DNA of 64,000 nucleotides from Nanobdellota archaeon. GTDB lineage: Archaea > Nanobdellota > Nanobdellia > Woesearchaeales > JAGLXL01. The stretch is from assembly GCA_042577865.1 (NCBI GenBank), contig JBHPDN010000001.1:9192-73191 (forward strand). The letters are read 5' to 3'. The first letter of the stretch is position 1, and every line of letters starts with the position of its first letter. This document shows positions 56,586-64,000 of this stretch, one piece after another. The notes beneath the pieces were generated by a model. The model was not told the DNA's origin, did not search any database, and worked only from the letters and a program-made list of their open reading frames with translations. The translations under genes and the position numbers were made by a program.

Positions 56586-58766
56586 ATGGCAGAAAAGATG
56601 GTCGAAAAAGTAACCCGACTTATGAAAAGTCCGAAACAGATTAGAAATATTGGTGTCTGTGCTCACATTGATCACGGTAAAACCACTTTCTCAGATAACT
56701 TATTGGCAGGCGCTGGTATGATGTCAGAAGAACTGGCTGGAAAAGCTTTACAGTTAGATTTTCACGAAGACGAACAGGCTAGAGGAATCACTATTGACTC
56801 AGCTAACGTTTCTATGGTCCATTCACATGAGGGCCAGGAATTTTTGATTAATTTGATTGACACCCCGGGTCACGTTGACTTTGGCGGTGACGTTACCAGA
56901 GCTATGAGAGCTGTTGACGGAGCTATTGTCTTGATTTGCGCTGTTGAAGGTATCATGCCTCAGACAGAGACAGTTTTAAGACAAGCTTTGAAAGAAAGAG
57001 TCAGACCTGTTTTATTTATCAACAAAGTTGACAGATTGATGAAAGAACTGCAGTTGACTCCTGAAGCCATGCAGCAAAGATTTGTCAAACAGATTGCAGA
57101 AATCAACAAATTGATTGAAAGTATTGCTCCTGAAGAATTCAAAAAAGAATGGCAGGTTAGTGTTGAAAAAGGCAGTGTTGCTTTTGGTTCAGCATTCCAC
57201 AATTGGGGAATGAGCTTGCCTTACATGCAGAAAAAAGGTCTTTCTTTCAAAGACATCATTGACGCTTACACTCAGGGTGAAGAAGCCTGGAAAGAATTGA
57301 AGAAAAAAGCTCCTTTGCATGAAGTCATACTAAACATGGTTATTGATCACAACCCTAATCCGGTTGAATCTCAAAAATACAGGATTCCTAGGATTTGGCA
57401 CGGTGATTTGGAATCAGAAGAAGGTAAGTCTTTGCTTTCCTGTAATCCAAAAGGACCTTTGTTCTTTGTCATCATCAAGGTTGTTGTTGACCCTCAGGCC
57501 GGAGAGATTTGTGCCGGTCGTTTGTTTAGCGGAACAATTTCCAAAGGACAGAATGCTCATCTTAATTTAGCCAAGACTGATTTAAGAATTCAGCAAGTCT
57601 ATATTTACAACGGTGCTAAAAAGGAGATTGTTGACAATGTTCCTGCCGGTAATATCATTGGTTTAGGTGGAATTAAAAGCGGTCTGCCTGGTGAAACCAT
57701 TACTTTAGAACCGACTGAACCTTTTGAAAAAATATCTCATTTATTTGACCCGGTTGTGACTAAATCTATTGAAGCTAACAAACCTTCAGATCTTCCTAAA
57801 CTGATTGAAGTTTTGCGTCAGGTTTCAAAAGAAGACCCAACTATTGTCATTGAAATCAATGAAGAGACTGGAGAGCACTTAATGCATGGTATGGGTGAAT
57901 TGCATTTGGAAGTCATTGAAAACAGGATTAAAAGTGAAAAAGGTGTTGACGTCAAAACTTCACCTCCAATTGTTGTTTTCAGGGAAACCATTTCCAAATT
58001 AAGTCCTGAAGTAGAAGGAAAATCTCCAAACAAACACAACAAATTTTACATCAAAGTTGAACCTTTGGATCCCGAAGTTTCCAATGCTATCAAAGAAGGT
58101 AAACTGCCTATAGGCCGTTTCAAGAAAAAAGACCTTGGAGTTGTTGAAAGTCTTAGGGAACTTGGCTGGGATGCCAAGACCGCTGCCAAAGTTAAAGAAA
58201 TCTTTAACGGTAACATGCTTGTTGACATGACCAGAGGTATTGTTCATATCGGAGAGATCATGGAAATGGTTATGGACATCTTTGAAGACGTCATGAAAGC
58301 CGGTCCTTTGGCTAAAGAACCTTGTATTAATCTTAAGGTTAGCTTGATGGATTGTAAACTGCATGAAGATACAATTCACCGTGGTCCTGCTCAGGTTTAT
58401 CCTGCTCTTCGTAGTGCTATCCGTGGTGCGATTATGCATGCCGGTCCTGTACTTTATGAACCATTGCAGATCCTTCGAATTGAAGCTCCTACTGAATACA
58501 TGGGAGAAATCTCTAAGTTAATTTCAGCCAAGCGTGGTCAGTTATTAGAGATGGATCAGGAAGGTCCTTTGACTGTGATTAAAGCTAAAATGCCTGTTAA
58601 TGAATTGATGGGCTGGTCATCTGACTTGCGTTCAGGTACTGGTGGTAGAGGAAACAGTTCTCTTGTAGACCAGATGTTTGAAAAGATGCCAATGGAACTT
58701 CAGGATAAGATTAAGAAACAGATTGTTGAACGAAAAGGTCTTTCTGAAGGAGAACTTGGATCTTAA
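56586..58766 (+). CDS. fusA: Translation elongation factor aEF-2
   Basis: AHIDHGKTT, RGITI, DTPGHVDF, NKVD, GMGELHLE, diphthamide loop HEDTIHRGPAQ. Confidence 0.98.
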   Translation: MAEKMVEKVTRLMKSPKQIRNIGVCAHIDHGKTTFSDNLLAGAGMMSEELAGKALQLDFHEDEQARGITIDSANVSMVHSHEGQEFLINLIDTPGHVDFGGDVTRAMRAVDGAIVLICAVEGIMPQTETVLRQALKERVRPVLFINKVDRLMKELQLTPEAMQQRFVKQIAEINKLIESIAPEEFKKEWQVSVEKGSVAFGSAFHNWGMSLPYMQKKGLSFKDIIDAYTQGEEAWKELKKKAPLHEVILNMVIDHNPNPVESQKYRIPRIWHGDLESEEGKSLLSCNPKGPLFFVIIKVVVDPQAGEICAGRLFSGTISKGQNAHLNLAKTDLRIQQVYIYNGAKKEIVDNVPAGNIIGLGGIKSGLPGETITLEPTEPFEKISHLFDPVVTKSIEANKPSDLPKLIEVLRQVSKEDPTIVIEINEETGEHLMHGMGELHLEVIENRIKSEKGVDVKTSPPIVVFRETISKLSPEVEGKSPNKHNKFYIKVEPLDPEVSNAIKEGKLPIGRFKKKDLGVVESLRELGWDAKTAAKVKEIFNGNMLVDMTRGIVHIGEIMEMVMDIFEDVMKAGPLAKEPCINLKVSLMDCKLHEDTIHRGPAQVYPALRSAIRGAIMHAGPVLYEPLQILRIEAPTEYMGEISKLISAKRGQLLEMDQEGPLTVIKAKMPVNELMGWSSDLRSGTGGRGNSSLVDQMFEKMPMELQDKIKKQIVERKGLSEGELGS

Positions 58767-58779
58767 ATCCCCAGAGGGG

Positions 58780-58813
58780 CACAAAAGAGCTTGGCTCTTT
58801 TCGTGTTTTTTTT
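58780..58813 (+). terminator. Hairpin + T-tract terminator after aEF-2
   Basis: CAC-AAAAGAGC-TTG-GCTCTTTT-C-GTG followed by T8. Confidence 0.7.
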
Positions 58814-58892
58814 ATTTTCTTTTTTTAAAAAGAGTTGATTCTTAGATAAAATGGGAATACAAGCAGAGATTTAAGTTAATAACTTAAAGTTT

Positions 58893-59426
58893 TTATTTTT
58901 CTGATTTTTTAGTGTCTTTACTTTCTAACAGATAACTGGGGAAAGACGCCCAAAGAGACTTGGCAATAACATTATATCTTGGGCTGCCGTCAATAGACCA
59001 GCCATCATCTGTGTTGGGTACACCCTTACCAAAATCATAATGGTGCGATTGTATGATGCGCATGACATGACGCCGATTTTTTTGGTGAAAGTTAGAAGCA
59101 ATCACCCCATATTCAACCATCTTTAAGAAAAGTTCTGCTGCCTGGTCTGCTCTTGCCAGTAAAACCGGATCTTCAGATTCATTGTGTTCCAACATAATCT
59201 CAAAAAGAGCCCGATGATAACAGACCAAAACACATTTAGCCATGTTAAACAAAGAAGATTCACCTGATTCAAAGTGTAACTTCATGACCTCATCATAAGC
59301 AGCCTTGAAATAGATCAAACGATGTTCATTTAAGGACAGATCCAAACCAGTGGGTTGGTTAAATTCTTCGATTTCTTTGATTAAACTTTCGAGTTCCTTA
59401 GGATTAGTTATCTTTCTTGGTTCCAT
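58893..59426 (-). CDS. Hypothetical protein
   Basis: 177-aa ORF 1 nt downstream of 59428..60303. Confidence 0.72.
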   Translation of the reverse strand: MEPRKITNPKELESLIKEIEEFNQPTGLDLSLNEHRLIYFKAAYDEVMKLHFESGESSLFNMAKCVLVCYHRALFEIMLEHNESEDPVLLARADQAAELFLKMVEYGVIASNFHQKNRRHVMRIIQSHHYDFGKGVPNTDDGWSIDGSPRYNVIAKSLWASFPSYLLESKDTKKSEK

Positions 59427-59427
59427 T

Positions 59428-60303
59428 TTAAATTTCAGTATTTTTATTTTGATAAAATTTTCTTTTGAGTCTGGTTAGCAGTGAATCATGGCCTCGGTAT
59501 GATTCTAGTATTCTTGACAGGAAGGCAGCGCGTTCTGGTGTCATTTCTGCGATTGTCCTTTTTTCATCTGCCTGAAGAAATTTGTAAGCTTCAGAAATAT
59601 TGTTTAAGGTACTTTGCAGGGTTACTTGCCGCATGCCTTCTGGAAGCGGTTCTCCTCTTGTGTATGCCAGTGCTCCGGAGATGCCCTGGTCTTCAGCATA
59701 GAACGAACAGCTTTTACCAAAACTTCCTAGAGAACAGGCGCGGGCAATGACCTCTCCTTCCTTAGGTATTAATACATAAATTCTTATTTTATTTACGCCT
59801 GCTTGTTTAAACATCTCCATATTTTGATTAAAGTCGTCTCCTTGCCCGAATAACCTCTCAGCAAATTTTCTTTGAGTCTCATTTAATAGTTCATAGTTGA
59901 AAGTGTGAATTTTAAAATAAGTTGATTTATCCTCGTATCTCTTATCTTCTATCAAGTTTAAGTCAGATATTTCTATTCTCAGTGTATCTTTTGAATTGAT
60001 GACGGACTGTACACTTTCTGTTCCTGTTACGAAAAATGCATCTGCCCCTGCTGACTTATTGGTACGGCTCTTTATTCTTCTTGTGTTTTCAAAGATAATA
60101 TTTTCTTTTCCTCTTGCCAGATAAAGTACGGGCTTGCCGTCTTCAACCATATACAAAGCAAAATCTGCTGTCCAGTAGGATTTATCTCTTAAACTTTCAT
60201 CAATTCTTCTCTCATTTGTTATTTCGTCAGAATGCTGGATAGTGTCCGGATAGAATTGCATGCATGTTTCAGTTAACCTATCTAATTTATCTTCTAAAGC
60301 CAT
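59428..60303 (-). CDS. Hypothetical protein, resembles DPANN DGR-target-like proteins
   Basis: WTADFALY...LYLARG and ARACSLGSFGKSCSFYAEDQGI...TRG segments; resemblance from recall only. Confidence 0.6.
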   Translation of the reverse strand: MALEDKLDRLTETCMQFYPDTIQHSDEITNERRIDESLRDKSYWTADFALYMVEDGKPVLYLARGKENIIFENTRRIKSRTNKSAGADAFFVTGTESVQSVINSKDTLRIEISDLNLIEDKRYEDKSTYFKIHTFNYELLNETQRKFAERLFGQGDDFNQNMEMFKQAGVNKIRIYVLIPKEGEVIARACSLGSFGKSCSFYAEDQGISGALAYTRGEPLPEGMRQVTLQSTLNNISEAYKFLQADEKRTIAEMTPERAAFLSRILESYRGHDSLLTRLKRKFYQNKNTEI

Positions 60304-60378
60304 TTATTAATTTATTTGTTTTGGAGTTATTTATATTTTATGGTTAAATTTATAATAGTTGGATGTTTACTTCTCTTT

Positions 60379-60690
60379 ATGACAAAGAAAAAATATCCAG
60401 AAGGCCATTTTACCGGCATGTGGATGGGCATTGGCATTGCTATTTTTACTGGTGTTGGTGTTCCTTTGAGCATTTCTACAGGAAATTATGCTTTTTTTGG
60501 AATCGGCCCTGCACTAGGTGTTGCTTTTGGCCTGGCTGTCGGCAAGTCCATTGAAGACAAGCACAAGAAAAAGGGTTTGATTAGACCATTGACCCCTAAA
60601 GAAAGAAAAAGAAAACATATGGGGATTTGGGCTGGTGTGATTTTCCTTGTTTTAGGTGTCTTGGCATTTTTGTTGATGCAATTGAGGTAA
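60379..60690 (+). CDS. Small Gly-rich membrane protein
   Basis: Start reassigned to MTKKKYPEG; GIGPALGVAFG, RPLTPKE. Confidence 0.75.
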   Translation: MTKKKYPEGHFTGMWMGIGIAIFTGVGVPLSISTGNYAFFGIGPALGVAFGLAVGKSIEDKHKKKGLIRPLTPKERKRKHMGIWAGVIFLVLGVLAFLLMQLR

Positions 60691-60694
60691 GAAA

Positions 60695-60862
60695 ATGAAA
60701 AAGAAAAAACATAACAAGGCATTATTTCCAATGGGAGTTATATTTGTTGGTGTTGGAGTGGTGTTTATGATATCTGTCAATAAGGCATTAGGCATCGCCT
60801 TTATCGCTTTAGGTCTGATTTGGATGATCAACACACAAAGAAGTAAACACAAGAAAAAATGA
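60695..60862 (+). CDS. Small 2-TM membrane protein (55 aa)
   Basis: Manual translation MKKKKHNKALFPMGVIFVGVGVVFMISVNKALGIAFIALGLIWMINTQRSKHKKK; GAGG upstream. Confidence 0.65.
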   Translation: MKKKKHNKALFPMGVIFVGVGVVFMISVNKALGIAFIALGLIWMINTQRSKHKKK

Positions 60863-61038
60863 AATACAAAGTCCATAAATTACAAATTAATTTAGCAAGG
60901 GAGCCAGATAGGTTAGAAAGCTTTTTGAATAGTTTGAAAGGAGAAGTTGTTTCAGTTATTCCTGATGTTCAAAGCTTTTTTTTATTTTACGGAGCCAAAG
61001 TCAGGACTGTAATTGTTGTTGAGAAAGTCAGAAAATAG
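60859..61038 (+). CDS. Small hypothetical protein (59 aa)
   Basis: ATGA overlap; MKYKVHKLQINLAREPDRLESFLNSLKGEVVSVIPDVQSFFLFYGAKVRTVIVVEKVRK. Confidence 0.65.
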   Translation: MKYKVHKLQINLAREPDRLESFLNSLKGEVVSVIPDVQSFFLFYGAKVRTVIVVEKVRK

Positions 61039-61088
61039 ATTTAGTCTCAATAAAAAAGCTTAAATAATCTCAACAAATCTTTCTTAAG

Positions 61089-61187
61089 ATGAAAAAACTC
61101 ATAAAGAAAATAATAAAGAAGCTGGATAAAAAGCTGGAAAAGAAATCAAAGGAGTGCGATTGTTGTAAAGAATGTTCCAAGAAATAA
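61089..61187 (+). CDS. Tiny Lys/Cys-rich peptide (32 aa)
   Basis: MKKLIKKIIKKLDKKLEKKSKECDCCKECSKK; TATA-like CTTAAATA upstream; overlaps the permease start. Confidence 0.55.
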   Translation: MKKLIKKIIKKLDKKLEKKSKECDCCKECSKK

Positions 61188-62125
61188 TCTACTGGATCAT
61201 TTACCAGATATCTGGACTTCAGCCAACCACAAAACTGGCCCAGTCAATCAATTTCTTTATTTATGACACCATTAAAATCTTACTGCTTTTATTTGTCATG
61301 ATTTCAGTCATCGGATTTTTAAGGACTTACCTGCCTCAAAAGAAAGTTAAAAACTGGTTAAAAACAAAATCACCCTTTGGCAATATTGTGGCTTCATCGT
61401 TTGGAGCTGTGACACCCTTCTGTTCCTGCTCATCCATACCTATTTTCTTAGGTTTTTTAGAAGCTGGCATCCCCTTGGGTGTGAACTTTTCATTTTTGAT
61501 AACCTCCCCATTGGTTAATGAATATCTGGTTGTTTTGATGTTTGGCTTTTTCGGCTGGAAAATTACTTTGTTGTATGTTCTATTTGGTATCTTGATTGGT
61601 GTTGTTTCAGGGCTGGTCTTGGGAAAGATGAAGCTGGAAAGGCATCTGGTTAAAGATTTGGTGGCTAAAAAAATCGAAGATAAGAAATACACATCATCAA
61701 AGCAAAGAATCTATTACGGATTAAACGAAGCCAAATCTATCACTAAAAAAGTCTGGCTCTGGATCATCATTGGTGTTGGTATCGGCGCTATTATCCACAA
61801 CTACATCCCCCAAGAAGTCATCCAATCAATCGTCAGTAAAGGAGGTATCCTAACTGTTCCCCTAGCTGTTCTCCTGGGAATTCCAATGTACGGCAGCTGC
61901 GCTGCCATTGTGCCGATTGCTGTTGTTCTTTTTGAAAAAGGTGTTCCTTTAGGAACTGCTTTGGCTTTTATGATGGCTACAGCTGCTTTGAGTTTACCTG
62001 AAGCAGTCATCTTAAGAAGAGCCATGAAACTGAAATTAATTTTAATTTTCTTCAGCATTGTGGCTCTGGCTATTCTAGTTACCGGTTACTTGTTTAATTT
62101 CATTTTTAGGTTAAATTTATTCTAA
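61172..62125 (+). CDS. ArsP/DUF318-family permease
   Basis: FFIYDTIKI, TPFCSCSSIP, SPLVNE, GIPMY, LSLPE. Confidence 0.9.
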   Translation: MFQEIIYWIIYQISGLQPTTKLAQSINFFIYDTIKILLLLFVMISVIGFLRTYLPQKKVKNWLKTKSPFGNIVASSFGAVTPFCSCSSIPIFLGFLEAGIPLGVNFSFLITSPLVNEYLVVLMFGFFGWKITLLYVLFGILIGVVSGLVLGKMKLERHLVKDLVAKKIEDKKYTSSKQRIYYGLNEAKSITKKVWLWIIIGVGIGAIIHNYIPQEVIQSIVSKGGILTVPLAVLLGIPMYGSCAAIVPIAVVLFEKGVPLGTALAFMMATAALSLPEAVILRRAMKLKLILIFFSIVALAILVTGYLFNFIFRLNLF

Positions 62126-63534
62126 AAAAACTTACCAAACTGATTATACACAGTAATAATACTAAACACTCCAAAGAAAAGGAAGATCATGATCATCACT
62201 AATTTTCTCCATAACTTTGCCTGTACTGCTTTTGGCAGTACTTTGTGATTCATCCAATTTACTAAACCAAGATGCACAAACATGGCCACAGCATTAATGA
62301 CTGCTCCCACTACAATTAAAGTCAATGGTTCTTTGAAATTGAATAAGAAAAGTATAATTCCAAAAGCAATCTGCGCCCAGAGAAAAGTATAGTAAATTTT
62401 TGATAAGTTAATCTTTGATTTTTTCTTTATTTGCATTTTCTTGATGGCAAAATTTTCAGACATGATTCTTGAAGTTGAATCCAGAACACCTAATTGTGTC
62501 TGGAAAAGCATGATCGCTACAACTACTAAGAAAATAATTCCGAAAATAGGTGAAAGATTGCTGCCGATAAATGTACTTTCAGTAATCACAAAACCAATGT
62601 TGGCTGATTCAGCCACTCCTTTACCAAAAGTAGAGCTGTATGACAAAAGCATTAGCATGCACATGGTAAATAGACCCATGAACCAGAAGACAATGAAATG
62701 TTCTCTTGAAACTAATTTCCACCATTTTTTGAAATTACTGATGCTTTTCTTTGAAAAGTCGCATTTTTCTCCTTCTAATTTTAGTGTTTGATGTTCTTTT
62801 TTCCTGAAAAGTCCGGCCATTCTCTGTGAATATTTTCCCATACCGTATCCTTTTTCTTTGACGTAGATAGATTGTGTTAAGTTAAGGTTTCCGCCTGCCC
62901 CGGCATAAGCAAAAGCTGCTAGAAAAGCGGCTAAACTGATTCCTATTGGAAATAACCAGTAGCCAGTTGCTTGTCCTACCGGTTCGCCAATACCTATCAA
63001 TCCTTTTGCTAAATTCAACCAGCCTGCTTTTGTTGCTAAGATTATGGTTAGTATGAAAACAAAAGGTGTTCCTATCAATAGAACAGTTTTTGTTATTTTT
63101 TCCATCATACCATAAACAGTCTTTCCTAATGAGAGGATTGCTCCGATTATTAATAGGAAGGCAATAGCTAACCATTTATGGTCAGAAAGATTGAATAGAT
63201 GTGAAGCTACTTTTGCTGAAGCTGCGATAATACCTGGAATTCCAAAACCTATGAATGTTGAAAGAATAAACCAAGGTACAGCTGCTTTGAATTTCTTATT
63301 TAATCCCACAAATACAGATTCACCTTTTACTAGGGCGTATCGTTCAATTTCCATATTCATGAAATATTGGAAAGTGATTCCTAGTAACGCTCCCCAGGCA
63401 ATGCCTAATCCATAGACTGAGACTAGATATGGCCATAGAATTACTTCACCTGATCCCAAACCTAGAGCAAGAATAATAAAACTTGGCCCCAATAACTTCT
63501 TAAAAGGAATCGTTTTAGGAAAAGGCTTTTTCAT
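62122..63534 (-). CDS. NRAMP-related (APC superfamily) transporter
   Basis: LGPSFIILALGLGSGEVILWP, EIERY..GES; ~11 TMs; start reassigned to MKKPFP. Confidence 0.82.
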   Translation of the reverse strand: MKKPFPKTIPFKKLLGPSFIILALGLGSGEVILWPYLVSVYGLGIAWGALLGITFQYFMNMEIERYALVKGESVFVGLNKKFKAAVPWFILSTFIGFGIPGIIAASAKVASHLFNLSDHKWLAIAFLLIIGAILSLGKTVYGMMEKITKTVLLIGTPFVFILTIILATKAGWLNLAKGLIGIGEPVGQATGYWLFPIGISLAAFLAAFAYAGAGGNLNLTQSIYVKEKGYGMGKYSQRMAGLFRKKEHQTLKLEGEKCDFSKKSISNFKKWWKLVSREHFIVFWFMGLFTMCMLMLLSYSSTFGKGVAESANIGFVITESTFIGSNLSPIFGIIFLVVVAIMLFQTQLGVLDSTSRIMSENFAIKKMQIKKKSKINLSKIYYTFLWAQIAFGIILFLFNFKEPLTLIVVGAVINAVAMFVHLGLVNWMNHKVLPKAVQAKLWRKLVMIMIFLFFGVFSIITVYNQFGKFF

Positions 63535-63632
63535 AACACTTGTTAATTTATTTTCTTTTAAAAATGTTTTGGATAGAATCAAAGGTGATGAGATTAAAGT
63601 AACCATTGATACTAAAGGGAATATTATTTTGG

Positions 63633-63998
63633 CTAAGCAGGACTAAATGAGTAACCAAGGTCTAGAATATTACTATTTTTTTTATCAGTAAGATATGTTG
63701 TTCCTTCCCCAACAACCTTTCTAAATGAAACTTCCTCATCAATACCCAATCCAGAAGAAAGACGCCGATAATGAATTTTTAATTCTGCTGGTCTACCCAG
63801 ATTATTTTCAATATGAAGAGTCCGCCCCACTGCAGTAATTTCAACTGGTTGGTTTGGTTCAACTAATGAATTAGAATAATTTATAAAAGATGCCCACGGG
63901 CTAAAAGCTATCAATAATAAAAAACCCACAACAACAACAACACCCGCGGTTCTCAATAATCCAAATGATTCTCTAATTGGTTTTTCAATTGGATAAGA
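63633..63998 (-). CDS. Hypothetical membrane-anchored protein, 5' end probably beyond window
   Basis: Frame stays open upstream of the ORF-track TTG to the window edge; one TM segment. Confidence 0.55.
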   Translation of the reverse strand, partial: SYPIEKPIRESFGLLRTAGVVVVVGFLLLIAFSPWASFINYSNSLVEPNQPVEITAVGRTLHIENNLGRPAELKIHYRRLSSGLGIDEEVSFRKVVGEGTTYLTDKKNSNILDLGYSFSPA

Positions 63999-64000
63999 AA

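Noticed and set aside
1..64000. CRISPR array, rRNA, IS/transposase, integrase, prophage or reverse transcriptase
   Set aside because: No regularly spaced repeats or recognisable motifs seen; nearly all sequence is accounted for by CDS and short spacers. This was by-eye inspection only.

Overview
Gene-dense, AT-rich archaeal chromosomal segment read in genetic code 11. It most likely comes from a DPANN archaeon (Woesearchaeota-like). That assignment is inferred from archaeal ribosomal proteins (eS1/S3ae, uL16/L10e, eL8/L7Ae, eS28, eL24), aEF-2, thermosome, PolB, archaeal GluRS/IleRS/TpiA, TATA-box promoters with many apparently leaderless genes, a bacterial-type GyrB and several class III signal-peptide proteins. 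I support about 70 CDS and one tRNA-Ala(GGC). I saw no CRISPR array, rRNA, transposase, integrase or reverse transcriptase. The most notable items are: (i) two AdoMetDC/aminopropyltransferase sets within 4.5 kb, one a fusion with a non-canonical cleavage motif; (ii) an RbkR-type riboflavin kinase/regulator plus ImpX-like transporter with a palindromic candidate operator; (iii) a perfect 16-bp, self-palindromic direct repeat bracketing the gyrB TATA box; (iv) a FabD-like acyltransferase and a Lit-like lipoprotein transacylase close to a lipoprotein and a hydrolase; (v) a GtrA/GT-C fusion coupled to a DPPR-synthase-like UbiA; (vi) two tandem HIT proteins that both lack the catalytic His; (vii) coiled-coil/polyproline/amphipathic-tail proteins opposite a Hanks kinase; (viii) a possible DGR-target-like protein. 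All family calls come from motif recognition only, with no database searches run. Several start codons were moved from the ORF track using TATA spacing or family N-termini.
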